A DNA stretch of 64,000 nucleotides. Source: Myxococcota bacterium. GTDB taxonomy: Bacteria > Myxococcota_A > UBA796 > CAJQPC01. Of this stretch, positions 55,684 through 64,000 are shown in pieces. The stretch lies in assembly GCA_036229005.1 (NCBI GenBank), contig JAZAMN010000036.1, positions 38,616 to 102,615 of the forward strand. The letters are read 5' to 3'. Position 1 is the first letter of the stretch. Every line of letters starts with the position of its first letter. The position numbers and the translations under genes are program-made. The notes beneath the pieces are model-generated. The model searched no databases. It saw only the letters and a program-made list of their open reading frames with translations, and was not told where the DNA came from.

Positions 55684-58638
55684 ATGGATCCTGCGGTTGA
55701 TCCCTTCCACCCCCTCATTCGCCTGGTCGATCGCTACCGGCGAGAGGTCCACTCTCTGCAGCCGGGGGCGTCGGAAGACGCGATCCGCGCCGCGGAGCGC
55801 CACCTGGGGCACCGGCTGCCCCTGACGCTGGGGGGCTTCCTCCGGCGCTGGAATGGGGCGGTGTTGTTCAGGGGGGCGCTGCTGGTGCGGGGCACCAGTG
55901 AGCTCGCTCCTGTGCGCGAGGAGCTGCCTGGGCTGGTGGCGTTCGCGGACATGCCGGGTGCGCCCGGCCAGCCGGCGCGCAGCTTTGTCTACGCCCACGA
56001 TGGGCGAGGGGACTTTGTCTTTGGCGAGCTGGTCGGCGACAAGCTGGTCCCGGCCAACGACCGCTTCGACCGCTGGCTCAAGGCCAGCCTCCGCATCCTG
56101 GACGAGGACATCTACGAGCCCGCCGCCCGCCTGGAGGCCCGTCTGGACGCGGACCCCGAGGGTGGGTACCTGCTGCTGCAGCGTGCCGAGGTCGCGCTCC
56201 GGCAGGGGGACCCGGTGCGTTCCCGTCGCTGCCTTCAGCGGGCCGTCGCGGCGGATCCGGGCCTGATCCGGGCCTGGCAGCGTCTGGGAGAGAGCCACCT
56301 GAGCGATGGCGACGCCAGCCAGGGGCGCTTCGCTCTGCTGCGGGCCCTTCGTGCCAGCCGGCTCCCGCTGCCCTTCCCCGGGGCCCAGGTGCTCAGCGCC
56401 GATGGCCTTTCGGATCTCGAGCGCCTCTTCCCCAAGGGGGACGCTGGCTGGGAGCGTGAGCTGAGCGCCTTCCTGGAGGAGCGCGTCAGCGATGTCCGCA
56501 GCCCCTCGGGCGCGGCCCTCTACGAGGCGGTGGTCCTCGCGCTGTCCCGGGTCCTGCTGCACAGCCACGGCCGCAAGGAGCTGCGCAGCCTGCTCTTCCA
56601 GAGTCTGGAGCGCACCCGCAGCTTCGCGCTCTCTGGCCGCTGGTCGGGGCTCCAGCTTGCGCTGGTCGAAGTGGAGACGGATCTGGGCCTCCACGACGAG
56701 GCCGAGCGCCACCTGCGCCCCCTGCTCCGCTCCGAGAAGGAGGGCCTGCGCGCCCGCGCCCACCTGGCCTTGGCCCGGATCGCTGTGCGCCGTCAGGAGC
56801 CCTGGGCCGAGGACATCCTGGACACCGCCCGCGGAGGTTTGACCCGCCCGGCCGACAAGGCCCGCGCCCACCTGCTGCGGGGGGAGCGGCAGCTTCTCCT
56901 CCAGCACCTGGACGAGGCGGAGGCGGCCTACAGCGAAGCCGACCCTTGGGCCGTGCAGGCCGCTGACCGCTCACTACAGGGGGCCGTCTGTGTGGGCCTG
57001 GGTGATGTCGCCCGCCTGCGGGGAGACCTGCGGGGCGCCCAGCAGGCCTACCGGGTCGCGGCTGAGCACGCCGAGGTCGCCGGGGACCAGGAGCTCGCGC
57101 TGCGGGCGGAGCTGCGGGGCGGAGACCTCTGCCGGCTCCGGGGACAGAACGATCAGGCCCTTGAGACCTTCATCGAGGTGGCGCAGGGCTACCGCAGGCT
57201 GCAACTCCCGCTGCGGGAGGCCTGGGCGCTGCTGCGGGTCGCGCGCATCGCCCACGAGCAGAACGCCAGCGAGGCCCTCCGCATCGCCCGCAGTCGCTTC
57301 GCCGACCCTGGGGTGCAGCTCGCCGCTGGAGTGGGCGCCTGTGACGCCTTGGCCGGTGACCCAGGGGCCTCGCTGAGCTGGCACCTGGAGTGCTCCGCTG
57401 CCCACGCCCGCGCCCGACACGAAGCTCAGCGGGCTCGGCCGCCGCTCACCCGCGCCGACGCCGACCGGCCCGAGCGCCGCCTGGCCACCCACCGCATCGC
57501 CATCGCAGCCGCAGGGCTCGGGGTGGTGGAGGCGCTCGCTGCGGAGCTCAACGACCGCGCCCGGGAGCTGGAGAACAGCCACGCGCGGAGCTCGGACCCC
57601 TCTGTGGTGCGCTATGTCGCCGCCGTAGACCTGCTCGCCTACCACCGCAGCTACGAGGCCGCCCAGGTGCTGCTGGATCAGCTCCTGAACCGACGGCTGC
57701 CGGAGCTGCCCACGCGGGCGCTCCGCGGCGCCATCACGCGCTCGCCCAATGCGGCGCTGGTCGATGGCCTGCTCGAAGCAGTGGAGAAGGTCCACGACCC
57801 CGTGGCAGCCGCCGGCGCCGCTGAGATCCTTGGCTGGCGCAAGGAGCCGGCGGCCGTCCCCGCCCTCCGCCGCATCGCGGAGCAGAGCCGGAGCCGAGGC
57901 CTGCGCCGGGCCGCAGTGGTCGCGCTCGGGCGCATCGGGGACCGTGAGGCCGTGCCCGCGCTGTTGCCCCTCCTGGACCTCCCCGAGCTCGCCGAGGAGG
58001 TCGCCATCGCGCTCCTGCTCCTGGGCGACCGCCGCGGCGTCGACTTCCACGGGCAGGCCCTGGCCAGCGGTCAGGAGCTCAAGTCCGCCCCCGGCGAGAT
58101 CGTGGGCCGCTACGGTGGCCCCTCCTACCTGCTGCTGCTCCTCGGCACCGCGGCGGGGGAGGGGACGCGGGCTCTCGCGGCGCTGCAAGGGCTGGGCTAC
58201 CTGGGCGACGCCCGCGGGATCCCTCGGCTGCTCGGCGCGCTGGGCTCCCGGGACCGCAGCAAGGTGGCGGTAGCAAGCTCGGCTCTGGAGCTGCTCACGG
58301 GCCACCGGGAGGACCCGGACGAGCCGGGCGTGCATGCCCGCTGGGAACGCTGGTGGGAGGACAATGGCTCCACCCTGGAGGAGGGGATCCGGTACCGCTA
58401 CGGTGAGATCCTCACCCCCGAGCTCCTGGTCCGCGCGCTGGGGGATGACGACGCCCTGGTGCGGCGAGGTGCCTACGATGAGCTCGTCATCTCGACGAGC
58501 TGCACGCTCCCCTTCGACTCAGAGGGCCCCTACAGGCTCCAGATCGGGCATCAGCGCGCCTGGAAGCAGTGGGCGCATCAGAACGCCCATCGCTTCCCGC
58601 CCGGAGCGTGGTGGTTCGATGGTGGGTTGATGGGCTGA
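55684..58638 (+). CDS. SMI1/KNR4 (SUKH) domain protein with TPR and HEAT-like repeats
   Basis: PGASEDAIRAAERHLGHRLP...FLRRWNG (SUKH); TPR helices; HEAT/PBS repeats such as RRAAVVALGRIGDREAVPALL. Confidence 0.82.
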   Translation: MDPAVDPFHPLIRLVDRYRREVHSLQPGASEDAIRAAERHLGHRLPLTLGGFLRRWNGAVLFRGALLVRGTSELAPVREELPGLVAFADMPGAPGQPARSFVYAHDGRGDFVFGELVGDKLVPANDRFDRWLKASLRILDEDIYEPAARLEARLDADPEGGYLLLQRAEVALRQGDPVRSRRCLQRAVAADPGLIRAWQRLGESHLSDGDASQGRFALLRALRASRLPLPFPGAQVLSADGLSDLERLFPKGDAGWERELSAFLEERVSDVRSPSGAALYEAVVLALSRVLLHSHGRKELRSLLFQSLERTRSFALSGRWSGLQLALVEVETDLGLHDEAERHLRPLLRSEKEGLRARAHLALARIAVRRQEPWAEDILDTARGGLTRPADKARAHLLRGERQLLLQHLDEAEAAYSEADPWAVQAADRSLQGAVCVGLGDVARLRGDLRGAQQAYRVAAEHAEVAGDQELALRAELRGGDLCRLRGQNDQALETFIEVAQGYRRLQLPLREAWALLRVARIAHEQNASEALRIARSRFADPGVQLAAGVGACDALAGDPGASLSWHLECSAAHARARHEAQRARPPLTRADADRPERRLATHRIAIAAAGLGVVEALAAELNDRARELENSHARSSDPSVVRYVAAVDLLAYHRSYEAAQVLLDQLLNRRLPELPTRALRGAITRSPNAALVDGLLEAVEKVHDPVAAAGAAEILGWRKEPAAVPALRRIAEQSRSRGLRRAAVVALGRIGDREAVPALLPLLDLPELAEEVAIALLLLGDRRGVDFHGQALASGQELKSAPGEIVGRYGGPSYLLLLLGTAAGEGTRALAALQGLGYLGDARGIPRLLGALGSRDRSKVAVASSALELLTGHREDPDEPGVHARWERWWEDNGSTLEEGIRYRYGEILTPELLVRALGDDDALVRRGAYDELVISTSCTLPFDSEGPYRLQIGHQRAWKQWAHQNAHRFPPGAWWFDGGLMG

Positions 58639-58701
58639 TGGGCTGATGGGGCTCGCCTGGCGTTCTGGGGCTGGCCGCCCCAGGCGCGGTGCTCAGGGCA
58701 C

Positions 58702-59364
58702 TCAGGCGCGCTCACCCAAGGCTGGGATCTCATCTGTGGCGTCGCTGACGCCGTAGCGCTCCTTGGACTCCTGGACCTGCAGCTCCAGGTCCAGGATCGC
58801 CCGGTTGGCCATGCGGAGCTGGAAGCGCAGCTCCTCGATCTCCTGCCTGGCGTTCCGGAGGGCGACGCGGTTTGCGCGCTGCCTCGGATCCTTGGCGCGT
58901 TCGGCCAAGCGCATCTTGAGCTGGTCGCGCTCGGCTGTGATCTCCGCCAGGTGGGTCTGGAACTCCACGTTCTGGGAGAGCCGCGCCTCGGCCTCGGGCT
59001 TGAGGGTCTCCAGCTTGTTCCGCGTCGACGAGAGCTCGGTGTAGAGCGACCTGTGGAGACCTCGCAGGCTCTTCATCTCGTTGAGGTGCGTGTGGATCAG
59101 GGCGTGCATGGTGGACACAGCCTGCGCAGGGTCCTGCGGAATCTCCTCCTCATCCTTGGCCAGCATCCTGGCGACGCCGCGGGCGCGGGCCCCGACATCT
59201 GCCAACTCCCGGCGCTGCGCGCGGAGCTCGCGCTCCATCTCCAGCAGAGCCTTGCGGGTCTCGGAGAGCTTCCGGGACTGCCAGCGGGCAGACCACATCC
59301 AGCCAGCGACCAGCGGACCGGCCACGGCGAAGACGGTCAGTAGTACAACCCAGACAGGTGCCAT
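58702..59364 (-). CDS. Membrane-anchored coiled-coil protein
   Basis: N-terminal TM followed by long heptad-rich helices. Confidence 0.75.
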   Translation of the reverse strand: MAPVWVVLLTVFAVAGPLVAGWMWSARWQSRKLSETRKALLEMERELRAQRRELADVGARARGVARMLAKDEEEIPQDPAQAVSTMHALIHTHLNEMKSLRGLHRSLYTELSSTRNKLETLKPEAEARLSQNVEFQTHLAEITAERDQLKMRLAERAKDPRQRANRVALRNARQEIEELRFQLRMANRAILDLELQVQESKERYGVSDATDEIPALGERA

Positions 59365-59441
59365 TGATGCCTCGCTCCGCAAGTGTGGCAAAGCGCCGGC
59401 GGTCCTGCAAGCCAAGAGCGCGGCCCTCTTACATCGGCCTA

Positions 59442-60014
59442 TCAGAAGCGCAGCTTGTAGGGATTTTGGTTTTTCTGGCTCTTCTGATCCTTCGCCTTCT
59501 CTTTGGCGTCGGCCAGATACTGCTGAAAGACCTCGTTATCCTTCTCGAATGACAGGGCAAATTGGATGTTCATCACGCAGCCCGAGTAGTCCTCGTCGCG
59601 CCAGTTCTGCAGAGCCAGCCGCCAGTACTTTGCACCTTTTTCAGTACGGGCCGCCGCGGCAGGATCGGCCGCCGCCTGTCCGGCGCTCTTGGCGTCCGCG
59701 GCGCCGTCCTCCGACAGGCGAAGGAGGCCTCGACTGAGCTCGTGGTCATAGGCTCGGCGCTTGTCTGGGTCCCGCAGCACCCGGTAGGCCTCGTTGATGA
59801 GCTTGTAGATGGCCGTGGCCTGGCGGGTGGCGCTGCGATCCCCGAGGCGGCCCACCCGGTCAGGGTGTCGGCTCCGGGACTCGCGCCGAAACGCTGGCTC
59901 GACCTCGTCTGGACCACACTCCGGGTCCAGCAGCAGGATCTGGTAGTAGCTGAGCTCATCGAGCAGGCCGTGGAGGGTCTCCAGCTCGACCTTCTGGCGG
60001 GTGCGGGTGTCCAT
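59442..60014 (-). CDS. J-domain co-chaperone (class III) with a C-terminal TPR-like hairpin
   Basis: SYYQIL...RHPDR...INEAYRVLRDPDKRRAYD. Confidence 0.9.
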   Translation of the reverse strand: MDTRTRQKVELETLHGLLDELSYYQILLLDPECGPDEVEPAFRRESRSRHPDRVGRLGDRSATRQATAIYKLINEAYRVLRDPDKRRAYDHELSRGLLRLSEDGAADAKSAGQAAADPAAAARTEKGAKYWRLALQNWRDEDYSGCVMNIQFALSFEKDNEVFQQYLADAKEKAKDQKSQKNQNPYKLRF

Positions 60015-60034
60015 GTTCTCTCCTGCTGAGGGGC

Positions 60035-61600
60035 TCAGAAGCCGAGCTGGTCAAAGCGCATGTCTTCGACCTCGTCCTGGGTGAGGCCCGAGCTGGCCTC
60101 GATGCGGAGGTCCCGCTCGTTGCCGGAGTCCAGGTCCTCTGCGATCACCGCGACCAGGCCGTCCGCGTCGATCTCGAAGGCGATACGCACGCGGACCTCT
60201 CCTCGCCTGGCCGGGCGCAGCTTGTCCAGCACGAACTGACCGAGCAGCTCGTTGTCAGCGGCCATGCGGGACTCGCCCTGGTAGACGCTGACGCGTACCT
60301 CGGTCTGGTAGTCCTGCGCGGTGTGGAAGACCTTGGAGGAGTCCGTCGGGATGGGGCTGTTTCTGGGGATCAGCGTCTCGCAGAAGCCGCCGGCGGTCTT
60401 GATGCCCAGGGACTGGGGGGTGACGTCCACCAGCACGCTCATGCCGGCGTCGGGGTCATCCGAGGTCAGGTTGAAGGCCTGGATGGCCGCGCCGATGGCG
60501 ACGACCTCGTCGGGGTTGATGCCGGTGTAGGGCTCCTTCCCAAAGTAGCGCATCACCGCATCCCGCACGACGGGCGAGCGGCTCATGCCCCCCACCATCA
60601 GCACGTGGTCGATCTGGCGGGCGGACATCTTGGCTTGACCCAGGGCGTCGTCGCAGGTCAGGAAGGTCTTCTGGACCAGGGGGTGCACGATGGCGGCGTA
60701 GTCCGAGCGGGTCATGCTCAGGCTCAGGCCCACGGGGACGCCGGCCTCGTTGCGGACCACGTCGGGGACCTCGATGTCGACCATGTCGGAGCCCGAGAGC
60801 GCGATCTTGGCGCGCTCTGCCGCGGACCGGAGCTTCATCTTGGCGGAGCGGTTCTCCTGGATGTGGATGCCGGTGTCCTCCTCGAAGGTCTGGACCAGGT
60901 GCTCGGCAACCGCGTAGTCGAAGTCGTCGCCGCCCAGGAAGGTGTCACCGGCGGTGCTGACCACCTCGAAGATGTCGTCGTCGATGCGCAGCACCGAGAC
61001 ATCGAAGGTGCCGCCGCCCAGGTCGTAGACCACGATGTGTTGGCGGCGCCCCTTGTTGAAGCCGTAGGCCAGAGCCGCCGAGGTGGGCTCGTTGATGATG
61101 CGCAGGCACTGCAGGCCGGCGATGGTCGCCGCGTCCTTGGTCGCTTGCCGCTGGTGGTCGTTGAAGTAGGCCGGCACGGTGATGACCGCCTGGTCGACCT
61201 CTTCGCCCAGGGCGGCCTCCGCGATCTCCTTCATGTGCCGGAGCACGTGGGCGCTGATCTCCGGCAGCGCGAAGACCTGGTCACCCACCCGCACGCGGGC
61301 GTCGCCGTTGGGCCCCTTGACGATGTCGTAGCCGCTGTTCTTCTGGATGCGGGCGACGGTGTCCGAGCCGAAGCGGCGGCCGATCAGCCGCTTTGCCGAC
61401 GCCACGGTGCTCTGGGGAGCGTAGATCTGGTTCCGCCGCGCCCGGTGGCCGACCACGACCTTTCCACCGTGCCCGAAGGCCACCATGGAGGGCTGGGTGT
61501 TCTTACCCTGCGCGTCTGCGAGCACGACGGGCTGCCCGTCCTTGACCACGGCCACGCAGCTGTTCGAGGTCCCCAGATCGATGCCGATGGCGGCGCCCAT
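60035..61600 (-). CDS. DnaK/Hsp70 paralogue lacking the C-terminal lid
   Basis: [39 protein letters not shown], linker VLVDVTP, SBD-beta; ends at 521 aa. Confidence 0.93.
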   Translation of the reverse strand: MGAAIGIDLGTSNSCVAVVKDGQPVVLADAQGKNTQPSMVAFGHGGKVVVGHRARRNQIYAPQSTVASAKRLIGRRFGSDTVARIQKNSGYDIVKGPNGDARVRVGDQVFALPEISAHVLRHMKEIAEAALGEEVDQAVITVPAYFNDHQRQATKDAATIAGLQCLRIINEPTSAALAYGFNKGRRQHIVVYDLGGGTFDVSVLRIDDDIFEVVSTAGDTFLGGDDFDYAVAEHLVQTFEEDTGIHIQENRSAKMKLRSAAERAKIALSGSDMVDIEVPDVVRNEAGVPVGLSLSMTRSDYAAIVHPLVQKTFLTCDDALGQAKMSARQIDHVLMVGGMSRSPVVRDAVMRYFGKEPYTGINPDEVVAIGAAIQAFNLTSDDPDAGMSVLVDVTPQSLGIKTAGGFCETLIPRNSPIPTDSSKVFHTAQDYQTEVRVSVYQGESRMAADNELLGQFVLDKLRPARRGEVRVRIAFEIDADGLVAVIAEDLDSGNERDLRIEASSGLTQDEVEDMRFDQLGF

Positions 61601-61619
61601 TCAAACTCCTTCGCGGCAC

Positions 61620-62393
61620 TCAGGTGCCCTGAGACGCCAAGGGTAGCAGGGGGCTCAGGGTCTGGATCATCTGGCGGTGGATGTGGCCGTTGCTGGCCAG
61701 GATGCGGGGGCGATCCAGCGCCAGCGCGCCTCCGTCGATGTCGCTGACGAGCCCGCCGGCCTCCCGGACCAACAAGGTCCCAGCCGCGACATCCCAGGGG
61801 CTCAGGTTGAACTCCCAGAAGCCGTCCAGGTAGCCGCACGCGACGTAGGCCAGGTCCAGAGCGGCGGCCCCTGCGCGGCGGAATCCCTGGGCCTCCACCA
61901 GCATGCGCTCGACGAAGCGGAGGTAGTCCCGGGGGCGCTCGCGGCGGTCGTAGGCGAAGCCGCTCGCCACGAGGGCGCGGTCCAGGGTGGGGGTGTTCGA
62001 GACCGAGATGGCCTCGCCGTCACAGGTGGCGCCCTGTCCCCGCTGCGCAGAGAAGAGTCGCCCGGCGGGGAGCTCCAGCACGACCCCCACCTCGAGCTCT
62101 CCCTCCACCTGCAGCGCGATGCTCACGGCGTAGTGGGGGAAGGCGTGGACAAAGTTGGTGGTGCCGTCCAGGGGGTCCACGATCCAGCGGGTCGTCGCCT
62201 CGGAGGCCCCGCCGCCCTCTTCCGCCAGGACCGGAATGCCGGAGCGCTCCAGGATGGTCCGGATGCGCTCTTCGGCGCCAAGATCGACCTCGGTGACCAG
62301 GTCCACGGCGCCCTTGTGGTCCACCTGCTGGGGACGGCGAGAGAGGATCCACTCGCCAGCAGCTTGGGCCGCCTCCTCCGCGAGGGCCCTCAT
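61620..62393 (-). CDS. suhB: Inositol monophosphatase (SuhB-like)
   Basis: DLVTEVD, WIVDPLDGTTNFVH, RRAGAAALDLAYVACG, PWDVAAG. Confidence 0.9.
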   Translation of the reverse strand: MRALAEEAAQAAGEWILSRRPQQVDHKGAVDLVTEVDLGAEERIRTILERSGIPVLAEEGGGASEATTRWIVDPLDGTTNFVHAFPHYAVSIALQVEGELEVGVVLELPAGRLFSAQRGQGATCDGEAISVSNTPTLDRALVASGFAYDRRERPRDYLRFVERMLVEAQGFRRAGAAALDLAYVACGYLDGFWEFNLSPWDVAAGTLLVREAGGLVSDIDGGALALDRPRILASNGHIHRQMIQTLSPLLPLASQGT

Positions 62394-62830
62394 GGGGTCT
62401 CCAGGATCAGCGTGACGGGGCCGTCGTTGAGGAGCTCCACCTTCATGTGCGCGCCGAACACGCCGGTCTGGGTGGGGATCCCTTGGCCTCGCAGTAGGTC
62501 GTTGAAGCGCTGCCAGAGCGGGTCGGCCAGCTCCGGCTTCGCGGCGCCGACAAAGCTGGGGCGGCGTCCCTTGCGGCAGTCCCCGTACAGGGTGAACTGC
62601 GAGACGCTCAGCGCCTGGCCGCCGATGTCCTGCAGGCTCAGGTTCATCCGGCCGTCATCGTCCGGGAAGATGCGCAGCCCCGCGATCTTGCGGGCCATCC
62701 ACTCCGCCTGGGCCTCAGCGTCCTGGGGGCCGACCCCGACCAGGAGCAGGACCCCTTGTTCGCACGCCCCGACGGTCTGGCCGTCCACCTGGACCTGGGC
62801 GTGGCGCACCCGCTGGAGCACGACCCTCAT
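62390..62830 (-). CDS. dtd: D-aminoacyl-tRNA deacylase
   Basis: MRVVLQRV, SQFTL, GRRPSF, FGAHM, NDGPVT. Confidence 0.97.
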   Translation of the reverse strand: MRVVLQRVRHAQVQVDGQTVGACEQGVLLLVGVGPQDAEAQAEWMARKIAGLRIFPDDDGRMNLSLQDIGGQALSVSQFTLYGDCRKGRRPSFVGAAKPELADPLWQRFNDLLRGQGIPTQTGVFGAHMKVELLNDGPVTLILETP

Positions 62831-64000
62831 GACGGGCCGCTGCAGAAGATGTCGGTGCCGCTGATGCCGCAGCTTACCCGGCCGCCCTTGTTCATGGAGA
62901 CCGCACCGCGCGCGCCGTCGGCCTCGACGACACAGGAGACGGTGCCTGTGAAGGTCATCCGGAGCGCCTGCTCGAACTTCTTGGTCTGCCCATCTCCGCA
63001 GCGGATGGTGGCCTTCTTCTTGCTCGGGAGGGAGAACTTCACCTCATAGCTCCCGCCCGCTGTCACAGGCTCTGCGCTTGCTGGCGTCGACGAGGTGCTG
63101 CTGGTGCTGGCGGAGCTGGTGCTGCCACTGCTGGAGCGGCGCGATCCGGAGCTGGTGGAGCCGCTGGCCTCTGACGAGCTGGTGGTCCCCGAGCTGGTCG
63201 AGCGCCTGCTGGAGGAGCTGGAGCTGGTCGAGCCGGAACTGGTCGATCCGGAGCGGGTGGAGCTGGAGCTGGTGGTCCCCGAGCTGGTCGAGCGCCGGGA
63301 GCTGCTGGATGGGCTGCGCTCCACAGCGGGCTCCTTCTGGGGGGGAGCGGCAGTGTCAGCGGGCTCGTCGGGGGCGTCCGCGGTGGGCATGCGGGCGGGC
63401 AGCGCCTTGCCGCTGGAGCGCGCCGTTCCGGTGTCCTGGACCTGGTCCTGCTGCTTCTCGTGGAGGCGCTCGTGAGGATCGGTGCCGTCGGCGTGGTCGA
63501 TGGCGGCGCCGTGCTCTGTGTCCTGGGTCAGGTACCAGACCGCGGCGCCCAGACCGCCCAGACCCAGGCAGGCCACGAACAGCGCCACGGCTCCCAGGGC
63601 CACCCACTTGAGGGGGCTGGACTTGGGCTCTTCGGGCGCATCGGGGTCCTGGTCGGGGCTCCAGGCGACGGGCGCGCTGGGCTGCGCAGGAGTCCCGGCA
63701 GTGGGCGGTGGAGGCGGCGCGGGGCGACCGGGAGCAAGCGGCGGCGTGGGCCGACCTGGAGGGGGCGGAGGGGCCGCGCGTCCCGGAGGCGGTGGTGGGG
63801 CCGCGCGCCCTGGAGGCGGCGGCGGTGCCGGACGGGCTGGCGCGGGCCTGGCAGGTGCGCTGGGCCGGCTCGGGGGCGGCGGCGGCGCGGGGCGACTGGG
63901 AGGCGCGGGCGGGGCAGGGGGCCTGGGCGCGGCGGTGCGGCCGGCTGGGCCACGAGCGGGAGGCGGCGGCGGGGACGGGCTGACGGGGGGAGCGGGCTCG
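62827..64000 (-). CDS. C-terminal part of a membrane protein (Pro-rich linker, TM, Ser-rich stalk, 4-Cys domain); 5' end outside the window, possibly a Ser/Thr kinase
   Basis: The frame has no stop from 62827 to the right edge; PPPPPGRAA repeats precede the TM WVALGAVALFVACLGLGGLGAAVWYL. Confidence 0.75.
   Translation of the reverse strand, partial: EPAPPVSPSPPPPPARGPAGRTAAPRPPAPPAPPSRPAPPPPPSRPSAPARPAPARPAPPPPPGRAAPPPPPGRAAPPPPPGRPTPPLAPGRPAPPPPPTAGTPAQPSAPVAWSPDQDPDAPEEPKSSPLKWVALGAVALFVACLGLGGLGAAVWYLTQDTEHGAAIDHADGTDPHERLHEKQQDQVQDTGTARSSGKALPARMPTADAPDEPADTAAPPQKEPAVERSPSSSSRRSTSSGTTSSSSTRSGSTSSGSTSSSSSSRRSTSSGTTSSSEASGSTSSGSRRSSSGSTSSASTSSTSSTPASAEPVTAGGSYEVKFSLPSKKKATIRCGDGQTKKFEQALRMTFTGTVSCVVEADGARGAVSMNKGGRVSCGISGTDIFCSGPS

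Noticed and set aside
58629..58652. TGATGGGC x3 microrepeat at the end of the SUKH gene
   Set aside because: Too short; likely slippage duplication around the stop codon

Overview
High-GC bacterial chromosome segment, most likely from a Myxococcota/Deltaproteobacteria-like lineage. This is inferred from the extra Hsp70 paralogues, Pro-rich membrane pseudokinases, sigma54 machinery and a Myxococcus-like LexA box. Housekeeping core: recC (5' part, running off the left edge and absent from the ORF track), rsgA, uppP, two c-type cytochromes, 7 tRNA genes (Trp, Val, Asp x2, Leu, Lys, His), the tig-clpP-clpX-lon-HU cluster, an RpoH-like sigma factor, an NtrC-like activator, an Fe3+/thiamine-type ABC transporter, leuS, dtd, suhB, and a lidless DnaK with a J-domain partner. 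The most interesting accessory loci are five. (1) A 7.9-kb four-gene operon joined by GTGA overlaps: unknown protein, Zn-ribbon/Ig-like/Hsp70 fusion, Zn-ribbon/beta-propeller, membrane-anchored vWA protein. (2) A pseudokinase, a catalytically dead CHAT lipoprotein and a degenerate, apparently toxin-less RHS protein in one operon. (3) A WYL regulator divergent from a 68-aa membrane peptide preceded by three tandem LexA-like boxes. (4) An unannotated 56-aa membrane peptide behind a near-consensus sigma54 promoter. (5) A 620-bp composite intergenic repeat region. No integrase, transposase, CRISPR array or rRNA was seen. All calls come from reading the sequence by eye; no searches were run.
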